DNA from: Bugula neritina
Taxonomy: Eukaryota; Animalia; Bryozoa
NCBI GenBank assembly: GCA_964035545.1
Contig: OZ037766.1
Span: 2,356,001 to 2,420,000 of the forward strand
Length of the DNA stretch: 64,000 nucleotides
Direction of reading: 5' to 3'
A program made the translations under genes and the position numbers. The notes under the pieces were generated by a model. That model searched no databases and was not told the origin of the DNA. It was given only the letters and a program-made list of their open reading frames with translations. Positions 1 through 13,747 of this stretch are shown here, piece by piece (position 1 is the stretch's first letter; each line of letters opens with the position of its first letter).

Positions 1-529
1 GGTATGAAAATACTCTATTGTGTTCTAATAATGCTCTCCAGTTTTCATTACATTCTGAACTATATAGCTTCTTTCCCACCCATGACAAATAAAAAACATA
101 AAACGGGAGTTATCTCCTCCATTATAAATTATTGCATTTCCACCCAATAATATTGTTCTTTGTTGATAGGAATAACATCAGCATGATAAAAATGTATTCT
201 TAGTGTATTTATATTAGGTTATTGACTTATTTTGAATAATTGATTACAATCAATATACTATTAAGTATTAATATTCAATATTTACTGTATAAATTGAGTG
301 TCAGCATTAATTAACAGACCACTAATATTCGATTTTTTATCCATAAGTATAGTAACATAAAATATGGTTCATAAAAAAGTAATATTATGATTTCATCATA
401 ACAAACAATTACTATGCTCTTTTATATCAGATATTGGTAGACATTTTTAATTGTATTTATTTATAAATAAGATAGTATTTAAATTTTAATTTACAATAGA
501 TCAAGCTTTATTACAAAGTTTTGTTATCT

Positions 530-2400
530 CTAGCGTTTATATACTAAATTTAATATATTATAATTCTTCATCAGAACTGTGTTTGTTGCCATCATCATCA
601 TAATCAGGTTCTTTGTTTGAAAAAGAAGGCTGGCTACTTTTGTTGTTGCAATCGAAACATTCGCATATAAACCACAGCATTTCATCATCAGGCGCTTGCA
701 TTTGCATGATTTACTCTTACAGCCTGCTTTTTTGAATTTACATGCTGTTAAAATCACATATCTGCGTTGCTCTCAAAATAATATATCATTGGAGTCAAGT
801 TAGTATCCTGACCATAGTCAAAAACTGGCTGATGAAGTAAAATAGGTGTTAAAGCAAGTTGCCAAAGTTTAACTTGATAATTGGCTCATTCCACGTGGTA
901 TTTTAGGGAATTCCTACTAGGTGGTAGCTGTGTTTCACTAGAGACATTCTTTAAAGCCAATATTTTATATCTTGCTTCAGTGATATCATCATAGGCATCG
1001 TATAGGCTGAAGACAAATCATTCACACTCTAAGTATGTTTAATCTGATAATGGGGACCAATCATCAGAACCTAAAGACAGATTATAGCTTCCCTTTTCAA
1101 GTACCTCCAAAGCACGCTTTTTAGATATTCGGAAGATAGAACTTACTGAGTCACAACCTGTAAGTGCATGAAGTGATAACAGATTCTTGAGAATTTTTTG
1201 TGGAATTTTTTGGCTGATTCAAAAAGAGATATATATCTTCTGTGACTCCCCATTCCAACAAAGTTTACTACATCTTTATTAGCCTGCTCAGTTAAAACAT
1301 TACTAAAATGATGTTAAGCGCAATAATAGCAACATCGGTATCTACTGATCTTATTACTACCAAATCGTAATCACTCAGTGCATCAGCTGCGTGAAGAATT
1401 AATCTCGTGTCTGCTTCATCATGATTGGATTTCAATTTGTTATAATTGTAATGATAATGGTTTTGCAGAACACAGACTTCTTTGGTGCTGCACACTAAAA
1501 ATGTACCAGCTGGAATTTTCTCAATATGTTTACTTCATGCACCTTCACTATGTAATCTACCAACTCATTTTTGTTGTGAATATTGTAGTGAATTTTGCCA
1601 GTTCACTATTATTATTTGTGGGTCTACTTAATCAAAGCCACTGCGACAGGTTGTTTACGATAAGATACTTTATTATTTACACAAATACAAGAAGGTTATT
1701 TACTGCTAGCATGAATAGAAAACGATTACATAATTAGTGAGCTTTAATACACAACTGTTCTAAATGAAGTCCCAAGCTGCTCTGCCGGCTAGCTACTCAG
1801 CGCACTGCAACTACGAGTAGCTAGCTCTACCTGCTATCAATTAGTGTGACTGTCCTGATTGGCTAGCGTTAGTGGTGCCACTGTCGACTGTAAGATATTG
1901 TCGGGTAACCGTCTATGCCGAGTCGTCTCTGTCGCTACTAATTAACTCCATCACCATAAGCATAACACTAGCATTTGCTACTAAGCAGCTAACTGCCAGT
2001 GCAAACCATCTACGCCTCCTACAGTTGTTGATTCTATTTAACTAGTCTTGCCTTGTTTAACTGCGTGCATTAGTAGCTAGCAATAATTGTCCAGCAGATT
2101 GTACGCATTCCAATTGTCAGCTATTATGATAATTGGTCTCCAGTACTTATAGCCATTATGCCAAGCGTATAGAGAGTAAGCCACAAAGAGTTATCCTTTC
2201 GATAATAACATAATCTGAAATCCATTACAATATTGCTCAGAAAAGCATTCCAGTTTTTAGGAACAAGCACGTTGTTATGAATAATGGAAATACAGCAAGC
2301 TCTTGTGCTTTAATTGATGTTTCAGAATACACATCAAACACTACATCAACCCTTGTATATCCTTTGCCACATTCAAGAATTATTTCCAACATCTTCAGAG
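530..2400 (-). pseudogene. Decayed PIN/FEN1-like nuclease + Cys-rich CXC-domain gene (transposon-like invertebrate family)
   Basis: Minus-strand fragments in the expected order: RVDVVFDVYSETSIK (~2310-2355), VPKNWNAFLSN|IHNKNELV (split by an LTR), HDEADTRLILHA...VVIRSVDTDV (1292-1495 ORF), HALTGCDSVSS (~1140-1172), LPPS..SLKYHVE*ANYQ (~875-930), then CKKAGCKSKSCKCK..CC (530-757 ORF). Several stops and frameshifts. Confidence 0.75.
1584..2229. mobile_element. Solo LTR (646 bp, TG...CA, 4-bp TSD ATAT)
   Basis: Begins TGTAGTGAATTT and ends AAATCCATTACA (imperfect 12-bp inverted termini). ATAT at 1580-1583 and 2230-2233. Removing it restores the host reading frame CTG AGC AAT ATT CAC AAC AAA (LSNIHNK). 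Confidence 0.8.
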
Positions 2401-4139
2401 TGTATAGTTATATTTGAATTTTTATAACTTATAAATAATTATATGAAACAGCAACCGAGCTGCATTCTGTCACATCACCTAGTATCATTTAGCTCATTGT
2501 GTGATGTCATGTCACATTCACGCATGTCACATTCATCAATTTCAGACTAATCTCGCTGAGATCGTTGTGATAAAATGTGCTTAGATCGATAGTTGTTTTA
2601 TGAGGGCGTCAGACCTATCTATCGGAGTTGCTTCCTCTTAAGTGACGGGTACCTTAGTATTATAATATTTTGTTTACCCATTTAAATGATTAAATCTACT
2701 GCTTTTGAAAAACAAGGTTGCTGCAGTCTAAAAATCAACATTGGCTATATAAACTATATATACGCAGCAAAGCTTTTAGTGTAAAGTAATTTGGTCAATT
2801 AAAGACATTTACTCTCAATTTTTTAGCTTGACAGTTTATATATAAAAAAATAATAGCTGTCTTCAAGATTGTTCATAAACTTACAGGATTGCTAAGCTTG
2901 AAATACGGAGCAAATAACTGATGTAAGTATATAAGTTTTACTACTTTTTTAAATTCAATGTGAATGCTCCTATTTTTGTATTGCCTATAATAATTTTATA
3001 AAAATTGGGTTTTCTTAATCATTGTACTGAAAGTCAAAGTTTTGGCATCTGAAAATGTGGCTATCGTAATTATTAAGTACTTTGCTTAGTAATTAACAAT
3101 AAGTTATTATTGTTATTAGCGGACAACATTTTAGCGAGCAATATTTTTCTATTTCTCTGAGATCGATGCATGCATGGAAAGACGGCGATTGCATAAAATA
3201 TTATTATAGTGTTATATAGGCAATTATAAATGGGTATTTATTATCTTTATTGTTGAGGTAGTGCCATAAATTTTGTTTGTTGGTTTTAAATAATATTTTG
3301 AGTTTTTTGCTGAAAATTTTTAAAACTGTTTAGATATTAATTGTAGGTTATACAAGCAAATATAGTAAATATGTTCAATAATACAAATATGCAATGCTTT
3401 ATGCAATACTTCAATTTTTTGCTTAACAATTTCAAATTTAATGTTACTTTTAATGGTTGTATATTATTTTGTCGCATAAGCTTAATTTAAGCCAAGTTTT
3501 TATGTATGTACATCAAAACTAAATTTAAATTGATTTTTTTTATGTTTTTGAAGTTATGCACACTATTTTGTGCTCAGAGAAGATCAAAGTTGTAGTAAAA
3601 TTTAAGTTGGCAAAAACATTTACCATATTTTTATTTATGTAGCTTCATAAGCCACACATATGGTAAAACTTATAACAGCAATGTGATGTTTATCTTATAT
3701 ATGTTGAGTAAAAAAAATAAATTATTTATTTTTAGCTATAATAAAGATATGATGTCGAAGCATATAGAACTATATTATGATCTGTATATATATATATATA
3801 TATATATACTATTAAGTTTTGATTGTCGTATCATGCAAGGGCTTTATATGAAAAATTAATGCTTTTTAATAGTTGGCCATAATATCATTGTTTTGGTATG
3901 AGTCAGTGCGTATATAATGTGCCAAATGGCAAGCCTATAATTTACCAAATATTTAATATACCAAATATTGTAAATTATGGGGACATATATGAGAGCAAAT
4001 TGTTATAGAACTATGAAAATGTTCTGTAAGCATAATATGAGATAAAATGATGAGAGAATTTTTGACCATTTGGGACTCCTTATAGTATTATGCAGTGCAG
4101 CAAAAGAATTGGAGAAGAAAAGTTAGCTGCATATTTACT

Positions 4140-4530
4140 TCACTCATAGTCATGGAAGTTTGGCAAGCGTCTGTCAGCGTTGACAATGCATAGCATCTTC
4201 AGTGCTGGTGTCTTGCACGTCTAGCCACAAGACTCTTAGCGTTGTTATCTGAGTCGAATGTCTGTCCGGTATGAAGGTTTTTCCTCCATTCAGCACGATC
4301 ATAGGAAAGTGCATGTGGTTAAACTGCTGGGATTTATATGGAAGTTTTTAAGATCTTGCTTTTGGACATCTTTAAACCTTAGATATAAGGTTTCCCAGTT
4401 TGACGGCATCTTTCTGACAATACGCCATGAAGCAAGATGTGTGGAATGCAGTGCTTTCGCATGGGGTTTAAATGACCAGCTCGCCCAGCGAAGGCGGAGA
4501 AATTTTAGCTTTGAGGAAAGAGGACCTGAA
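4140..4530 (-). mobile_element. 3' fragment of an RTE-clade LINE
   Basis: Minus strand, with frameshifts: LRLRWAS..., LYLRFKDVQKQDLKNFHINPSS...YDRAEWRK, which matches the typical C-terminus of the RTE ORF; a short 3' tail follows. Confidence 0.65.
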
Positions 4531-4613
4531 TATAATCATAAGTTTATATAAAGATGCACTAACTTTTATTTTAATGACAAAATAATTGTTGCGATTTCAT
4601 GCATAAAAATATA

Positions 4614-4799
<186 letters not shown>

Positions 4800-6458
4800 G
4801 TCACTGGCCCTGTATTCATGCACAAGAGTGTTCAGACACAAAAGTTGTACTTTATATCAGTTTATTTGTACACTTGCTAGTAAAAAATATATACAATATA
4901 AAATCATAGTTATGTAGCCGATATAAGCATGAATAATTGTGGTCAAATATAAAAGTATCAATTAATCACAAAATTCAGTTTACAAAGAAAGCCATAAAAG
5001 AATTTACTCTAAAAGCAATAATTCAGAATATAACATGTATAATATAGACTAACCTTTTCGGTTTTTCATACAGAGCGTCAGTAAGTTACATTTAAAAGCA
5101 GAATAAAATAATCCAGTTTTGGTAAAAGTGCTGCAGCCAACTGATTCCAATAAATTTATCAAGAGCTTATATACTATAGTACGTATAGTTGTTGCTGAAC
5201 CAGGCAGAAATATGTTGAATAAACAGAAATTGTCTCTAAAATGCCACAATGATTATGTTCCAAAACAATTACTGTATATGATAGCTTCAGGGTATATTAT
5301 TCTAGTCAACAGGGTATATTATAGTAGCCTCAGGGTATCAACACATGGCCTAGCAGAAGTAGGGCAAGAATGGCAGCCACTCCAACCATGCAATGGCATG
5401 ACCACAGATCTCATGGTCAGCACAAGGTAGACGAGTAATACTTGGTGACATATGTCACTAGAGCATAAATAAGAAGTTAATTGGGTAATGCGGTCCTGAT
5501 TATTAATGGTGATTACAGTTGTGGGCATTACCACCACCAGTTATGCAACACTGTTGACATTAATAAACAGTAACCCAACTTAAATTATTCTGCAGCACTT
5601 ATGTGCTTAAAACATAGTAGGCCTCAGTGCAATAAACAGCTTCTGTGCTAATACAATTTCATATTAAAATTGTATAATGAATCGCGTATTATATTAGTAA
5701 TTGGTTTTGAATTACTTCAAATTTTACTGAAGACATGTCAACAAATGAGTTGAAATATTATGACCAAAACCATAAAAATTTAAAAAAAGCAGTAATTTGA
5801 ACATTTGAATTGTCCAAGCAGAAATTGTATAAAATGTTATTCGACTTATAGCTCTAGAAAGTGAAAAACTAAGATATGTCTAAAATTTCGCAATCAGTTT
5901 ATGCAAGCCCATAACCAAGTTATATTTAAGACGAATTACTACCTACTTAATACAATTATGCAGAACAGCTTCATTAGCATACAAAGTAAATTCTTCTCAC
6001 GTCAACTGATCCATCAAGGGCCTCAAAAAGGCTCCCACCTACTCACTATTATGTTTCTTTTGGCAAAATCTTCTGAGAATTTGGACCTATAAATCAATTG
6101 ATTTACAAATTTGTTAGAGGATGCTAACTGCAATTAAGTCTTTATTATTTGGCAATTATATCAGGCAAAATTAATGGGCCATCTGTTTTCTTTGTGAATA
6201 TATGACCTTAAGCAATTATCAGATTATTTAAGGTTTTTAATGAGTATAACACAGGAAGTATATAAAGTGATTCTTCCCTTATCAAACATGTTTACTACAT
6301 GCCATATGTTCTTAATTAAAGAGAAATGGGTATGATTATTGAAATAAATGCCAAAAAGTAGTTTTATGTTAATTGATCTTCACACAAATACCACATATAT
6401 TATATTCATGCAATTGATATAAAGCCTATAATCAATATATTATAGTCTAAAACCTAGA

Positions 6459-6497
<39 letters not shown>

Positions 6498-6610
6498 GTA
6501 ATTTAATTTGCAATTTGTCTGTTTATTTTTTACATTACTGATCACAGATTTAGAAGATTTGGAAATACAATATTATGTTATTTAAGAAAAATAGTTGTAT
6601 TGCAGTCTAC

Positions 6611-7140
6611 TTTGTTTGTTTGTTTGTTTTCTTTATTTCCATCAAAAAAAACAAAAGGACAAAAAAATACAAATATACAACAGTAACACAAAAAGAGCTA
6701 AATTCAATTTATATATAATATCAATCGAAGTCAAGATGGGGGCCCATGTGCTCAGTAGCATAGCTATTCAAGGAGCGGGCCCAAGTGGCAGTTGAAAAAA
6801 TAGTGGGAACTATTTATTCAGATTAAGTTAAAGATTTTAGTAGGTGCTTTTTCAACAATATTTTAAATGTGGCAAAGCTTTGATGATGTCTTAAAGTCAG
6901 AGGTAGCTTATTCCAATTGCTAGACATCTGGTAGGACACTTGACGATGACCTGCTGCGGAGGTAGAGAGAGGTAAGGGTAAGGAAAGTTCAGAATGTCTG
7001 GTGAGGTAAGTTGGTAGTTGTTTAGTGTGAGATGGAGTATAATAAGCTGAATGACCAAGAAGACATAGGCGGTAGATATACAAGAGATCAATAGGAAGAA
7101 TTTCTGCTTTGATAAATAGAGGTGACGTGTGTTCAGTTAT
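6611..7140 (-). mobile_element. 3' fragment of a CR1/L2-group LINE
   Basis: ORF 6823-7083 ends YLTRHSELSLPLP...VSYQMSSNWNKLPLTLRHHQSFATFKILLKKHLL, a typical ORF2 C-terminus. It is followed by a 3' UTR, AATAAA and a (CAAA)n tail at ~6611-6637. Confidence 0.7.
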
Positions 7141-8383
7141 AGGTGATTTGTGGAAAATAATGCGAATAATGCGTTTTTGAATTAACCATGCTAATATTTT
7201 TAGAAATAGCTTTTGTTTAGTTTATATATGACAATATAAATTAATGTAGTTGCAAAAAAGATACTGGGAGCAAGAAAGATATAATTTATAGTTGTTAGTA
7301 AGTTACTGGAAAACATTTTAGGTAGAAAAGCTGCAGCACCATTTTTTAAGTTTAGTGCACTGCTTAAGGAAGGTATGTTAATTTGATGTTATATAATAGC
7401 TTCATATATACAAACTTTCATAGCTACAATCACTGCAAAAGTTATATTAGATGGTATAGTACTGCTATAATAAACATAACATTTAGTTTCTTATAGTTTA
7501 CCTAGCAAACTGTCATAGTACGTACGTCAATACTGTATAAGCAGGTTATGCATAATTACACAAATAGGCAGAAAACAATTATGTAAATGAGTTGTAAATG
7601 TACTAAATTATTCAGTAATTTTCTGAAATTTATGTCTCCATAAAATGACACCTCATTTCTATGAAAGCAATTAGGCTTTGAGCCAAAAAAAATTATCTTT
7701 GAAAACAAACTCAAAACCTATATTATTTATTTAAAATCAATTGCCTACAAGAATTGCCATCAAGCCAAATTTAAGTTCATTTTTATCTAACGAAACAGTA
7801 ATTAGATGGGCAAATTTAGAATGCAAATTATGCAACCAAAGCTTCTAATATACATACGGTATGGGACGTAGGTTGAAATTTTTGCGAGAGCATAAATTAT
7901 TTTGCTACATTTCTAATCTAGAACACATGCTTTTCTCAATTTCTTCATTACTGCATCTACCTTAAATCATGCAGTTGAAAGAGAGCATAAACAAGTTTCC
8001 TGGTCTATTATTCATACAGTGTTATTATTTGCTCCGGGCTATAGGTTTTCAGTCAGTAAAAGTAAGACAAACATCAATGTACTTATAAAAGTACAAATAA
8101 GATATCAATATACTGCAACGTGTTTTTTTTATTTCAGAAAAAAATATAAATTTATTTCAATTAAAACAATAAGAAGCAACATAAACGCATCTATGATAAC
8201 TTATAAATCTAAGGAAAGCTATTGGGGGACTATGCAAATTCATGGCCCAGTCAATTTTAGGCCATAAATCTTAAGGCTGTTGGCTTCCTTTCTGTCACAA
8301 ACAAGTTAGAGTTCGTGTGGAAGTGATAAATTCATTCTCTTATTATATAGTCATCCTATTGGCTTTGTACCAAATCTTTATAG

Positions 8384-8450
8384 TATAAAAAGTTTCCAAA
8401 AACCCGATTATGGCCAGTTCCTAAGAAGTTCTGCTGCTCATTGCTGTTTG
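8384..8450 (+). promoter_or_regulatory. Core promoter and non-coding first exon of peptide gene 1
   Basis: TATAAAA at 8384-8390, initiator-like CCAGTT at 8414-8419 (~31 nt downstream), donor GTAAGT at 8451, acceptor TTTTAG ending at 8727. Confidence 0.65.
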
Positions 8451-8543
8451 GTAAGTTTGCTATTACTGGAAAATATAGTGTTGTCAAAGTATCTTACACG
8501 CAGTTAATTTATTTCACATTCTATATAATAATTATCTTTAGCA

Positions 8544-8544
<1 letters not shown>

Positions 8545-8606
<62 letters not shown>

Positions 8607-8624
8607 TATATATATATATATATA
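8545..8624. repeat. (TA)n microsatellite in the 5' intron of peptide gene 1
   Basis: Direct TA run. Confidence 0.95.
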
Positions 8625-8759
8625 TTATAGTAATACATTAACTATTTGCTTGAGCAATAATACTATGAATATAATATTTTAGATTGTATAATAGCCTAGT
8701 CAAAATGTTTTTGATGTTTTGTTTTAGATATTGGTTCGGTTGAGAATATAAAAACCAGA

Positions 8760-9515
8760 ATGAGAGTTCTTTTTTTCCTATTGGCTATTTGCATTGCTCT
8801 TTCTTCAGCTTTTCTTTATCGTAGAAGAATCGGTTTCGGGTATAACAGAGGATTTAGGTAAAAGGACATTATATGATGTGTTTCAAAACCTATAACTTCT
8901 CTTTGAATGCTTAAATTGTTTTGATAAATTAATTATGCTTTTACTTGATTTTACAATACATTTCTCTTATATAACTATTTTACCGTTGCTCAGTTAGAAT
9001 TTTGATTATTGCAGAAACGTTGGATTCCGCAGGGGTTTTGGCAGGAGATTTGGCGGTGGTTTCTATAACAGAGGGGTTTCTGTTCGTAGATTTGGTTTTG
9101 GAGGATCTGGCCGTAAGTTTTAGCAGTAACTTGAAAATACCTGTAAATCTTAGCACCTGCAATCTATATTTAAATTAGGTAATAAATGTAATGCTATTAA
9201 TTGATCAATATTTCCAACTGTTACTGTATATAAATAAAAAAAATTTAAAATTAAGGCTATCATTTTGGGAACAATTGATACTATATACTTGTAGATTTTA
9301 AAGTATTAGCTAAAGAAATGATTCCTAGAAGTAAAAATATGCTAAACAGTTGTACTAAATTAATCTGCTCTTGTAAGCATGTGCATGTGTTGATATATAT
9401 ATAGTCATAAACATTTGATGTACACAGTCTAAATTATATATAAACATATAACCTTGCTTATATTTAAGTGGATTCAAATATATAAATTTGTATTTTATTT
9501 GTAGACTTCTTTTAA
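8760..9515 (+). CDS. Secreted Arg/Gly/Phe-rich peptide 1 (68 aa); exons 8760-8857, 9015-9112, 9505-9515
   Basis: Spliced translation: MRVLFFLLAICIALSSA-FLYRRRIGFGYNRGFRNVGFRRGFGRRFGGGFYNRGVSVRRFGFGGSGHFF*. GT-AG introns in phases 2 and 1; hydrophobic signal peptide. If the last intron is retained the peptide ends GRKF* at 9123. Absent from the ORF track. Confidence 0.85.
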
Positions 9516-10554
9516 AAACATTGAAAACATGGACGTGCTTCAAACGTTATCTATATGGACAATTGTTTGCTGGTCAAGAAATATTAAAATTTGATGCAGT
9601 ACTTTAAGCTTTTCAGTTGTGACATGCTCATACGTTACTTTCTTTTTGCTCTGGTTAATGCATTAACAAATTTGTCTTGCTTTTTCAAATTTAAATTACT
9701 TCATTTTAACACTTTTTTCTGTAAATAATAAGTGTGTGGTGTTTAGGTAACTAAAACTGTTTTATGGCTAAACTTTATAATTTTTTTATTTATCTAAAAA
9801 TAAATATTTATCTGCAGTGAAATGTATTTGCAAATACTTTACCAGAGTTTAATGAATATTTTCACAACTTATTATGAAAAAACTTAACATATGTAGAAGA
9901 CCTATTCTGCAAAATGTATATGCCCATTATATATCAAAGTGATGGTTTATGATACAAACTTTAATATATTTAGCCTGGTATATTTGTTACAAATATGCAA
10001 GTTATGATCTACTAAGAATCGGTATGCTGGCCCATTCTGTACGTCATATTAAATTCCCTGAATGATATTTTCAACACATTCTGTCCTTGGCTCCTATAAC
10101 CTTAAAATGGTTATATCCTGAATACTATCTTAGTTGTGAATGCAAATAATTAATTTATTAAAAGATATAGAAGTTAAATACTGCTTGAATGAAAAATTTG
10201 TTATTTAACTTAAACTAAAACGCAAAAAAATAAAAATTAAAGTGACAGTTGGCACTATATGGCATAAAACAAAGAACATTACTACATTGAAAATTTCTGC
10301 ATTTTAATAAATCATATGTATAGTTTCTTTTTGGGAGTTATGCTCTTTTCTATTGGGCTTGTATTCAGCATATAATTGTTGTCAAAACAAAGGGAAATGC
10401 TTGATAAATAACAAAACGCTTATAATAAATTATTTGCACTGTATATTATCATAGTAACTATAATTATATGTAATTTTAAGTTGTTTTTATAATATATATG
10501 ACGTGTTTGAGAATAAAGGAAATTCTAACGAATATCAGTTTGAAACTTGCTTAC

Positions 10555-12248
10555 TCGATCTGACCTTAATGACCCCAGGACTTTCCAGGAGGACCAGGAG
10601 GGCCCACTTGGCCAAGTCGACCTGCAGGTCCAGTGTCTCCTTTAGGCCCTTTGGGCTCAGTGCTTCCCCTACTTCCAATGCTACCATTAGGCCTGTTTGG
10701 GCCTGTTGGTCCTGTTGGACCCTTTGGTCTAGTTGATATTTTAGATCCTGGTGATTCATTTGAGCCTCTAGGGCCAAGTAGCCTCTGTATAGTTGCAATA
10801 AAACTAATTATATATACAGTAACCACTGCAGCTCATAAGCTTTGGCTGCAGACATCCTTGCTGAGGCTAAAAGTACTTTTTTGCATGACTGCCTTCATCT
10901 ACGGATCTGACAAACACTTTCCAGGTTTATGAAACTTACCTGAGAACCTGGGGGTCTGGAAGGACAGCTACAAGATCTATGATGAGCTCCTCTTTTCTCT
11001 CTCTAAAACTTGTCAAAATATATAATTTTGATTTTGATTATGGTTATAAGTATGAATTGCTTTTCGTAAAATTCGATTATCTAATCAGTTATAGTGAGAT
11101 CAATGTTGAAAGATATAAAATCATCTTATTACAAAACTCAATTATTTGATAAATTTATGTATTATGCACTGTAATTATTTGCATTTCAAAGATAATATCT
11201 GGAAACAATGTTACTTACTAAAACCTCTTTAATATTAGCACCGTTTGTAACTGTTTTTTCAAGTTTACTATTTGATAATCTGATAACTTTAACCTCCAGC
11301 TTTCCAATCTTTTGGCTCCCTTACATAACATAAAACAAATATATAAAAATGCTCATATATTTGAATTATTAGTTGATAATATGTATAGTCATCTATAATT
11401 TACCAACAAGCAAAATTTCAGTGTTTTGGAGTACAAAAGTAGAGGATGTACAACTGGCTATAGCATACAATTATAATTTCAAGGAGTTTTGCAAAATAAA
11501 TTATTGTTTATCAAAAAAATTATTAAAATATTTTTTGATATAATTAGATTTATTCAAATATTTTTAAATAAACTTTGATTTTATTTATAACTTATTCAAT
11601 GAGTTTCCAAAACAATTTATAAAAATAAGTTAAAATCAATTAGTCTATGTATCTAGCTTTCTAGGTTTGTTTTTTATTTAAAATAATTATTATATAAACA
11701 TTTTTTTTTTAAAATAATATATTTTGAAACAATACTACATTGCTGTAAAAACAATTAAATATAAAGCCATCAGCAGTGACAATAAAACATAAGCTTTTAA
11801 TTTGTCAAATTATTTGGCGTAAATTATTACTAGCTATAAGAGTGTAAAATTTTAAAGATTTAATCTCAATTTAAGCATGAAATTAATTAGCATTATATAT
11901 AGTATAATTTACCAGCTTTTTACAAATAAAACGGCAAATGTTATTATAATCACAATCCTTAATTAAAACACATAGTTAGCTTAGCAAAATTTTGTGAGCA
12001 TTAGTATTTTTAAAAATAGCTAATGTTGATGCCCATAAAACTCTTGCAGTTTAAAATGCAATCACTTTACCTTTTCATATCTGCATAGATGTAATTTATA
12101 AACCGACCTGATTAAAATGTTTGAACATGTAACCTGCAAACATAACCATGTTAGAGATGACCAAACCAACAACTAGTAAGCCAATCAAAGCATTGCCATA
12201 GCCATATTGGCTTTTAGTCCAGCTTTGTTTGAATATAAGTTACTGCAT
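10555..12248 (-). pseudogene. Decayed type II transmembrane collagen-like gene (MACIT/gliomedin/EDA-type layout)
   Basis: Exon 12108-12248: MQ*...NALIGLLVVGLVISNMVMFAGY (TM segment, early stop). Exon ~11219-11318: SQKIGKLEVKVIRL. Exon 10940-~11008: furin-like REKR then CSCPSRPPGSQ. Exon 10555-10784: about 23 Gly-X-Y triplets with 6 Gly substitutions and a TAA stop. Confidence 0.7.
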
Positions 12249-13706
12249 ATCTTAGCAAGCAAAAAACAATTTATATTATTCAAGTTAAACTTTTGAAATT
12301 TAAAGACATCTTCCATAATAATTTTTAAAACAGATTGACAATTAAAGCAGTTTGTTGGAAAATATTTTGTAAGCTAACTTATAAAACTTGAGCTGATTTC
12401 TTGAAATTAATAGCTATATATATGCTATATAGCTATAGTTATATAAAATAAATGCATATAATTGTAAAATAAAAATTTACATAAAACTTAAAACTTAATT
12501 TGCCGGTGTAGTGAGTTGTAGGGAGATGATACCAGAAACTTTAAGGCTGCTTTGCTGTCTCATTCTTATTCTGAGTCTTTTATACTTTCCAATGAGAAAA
12601 TTTTCTGTAATAATTAATGTACACTAAATGATAAAATATTGCTGCAATGGCGTATTTAAACACCGTAGAAAATAAATCATAATAAAATTCTATATATGTT
12701 ACCCTGAAGCAAAATAATGTAATTTTAATGCTTGTTAATTGTAATAACACCAAATTGAAAAATTGGTGTTATTTAATAATTTATTTACAATATACTTTAG
12801 CAAAGCAAAATTTTGCAACATTTTCCATATCCATTAACCTGGCAAATTGTCTTATAGGATCAAGAACAAGTTAATAATTTGATATTATAAGCATTTCATC
12901 GTGCTCTTAACTTATTGTTTGTTGAACAATTAATTGTGTACAATATTTTTCATGTCATTGCTTTTATATAATCTATAATAAATGTAGTTATATATATTAA
13001 TAATCAAAAACACAATCATATTGCATCCTTTATACATTGTAGTTCAGATTAAGTGTAAACAATACCACTCTAATATGACAAGCCTTACCAGCATATAATA
13101 TAGTTGAACATTACACTACACAACTATCATATGCTTCATGCTTTTAGTAATATATGCATATATATACATATAATATGCACAATTAGATATATAATATATT
13201 AAAGTAATAAAATAATGTTTCAGTTCTGTAACTCCAAATTATTTTAATAAAGTAAAGTACAAATTAGGCATGCAATAAATTGATGTGGTTTTGTAACCTG
13301 CAGTTTCAACAAAAATTAATATTCAAAAGTTAATTATGTTAACTTAGTTATACTTAGCAATTATATTTACAGTGTTCTATTTAAGCTATTTCAATACATT
13401 TTATATCATAGCAGCATAATACTGGTCATAAGGATGAGTGGTATATAGTCCAGTAATGCAATTAGATGTTGTAGCATGTATTAAAAGTATAACTTAAGCT
13501 TAATCTTACAAAAAATATCAAATAATATGATTAATAGTTATAATAATTTCATTTAGTTATCTGTTTATACAAATTTAGATCTCTCTACAGAGTTGTAAAT
13601 AATTCTATAGTTTATTGCGTAAAAATATTTATATATTACACAATACTTATTCGGTCTTTATAATATTTAGTTTTTTAATATTTAACATTCATGACTACTA
13701 CTATTA

Positions 13707-13707
13707 C

Positions 13708-13747
<40 letters not shown>

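Noticed and set aside
8980-9162. 60-aa minus-strand ORF
   Set aside because: Antisense shadow of the middle exon of peptide gene 1.
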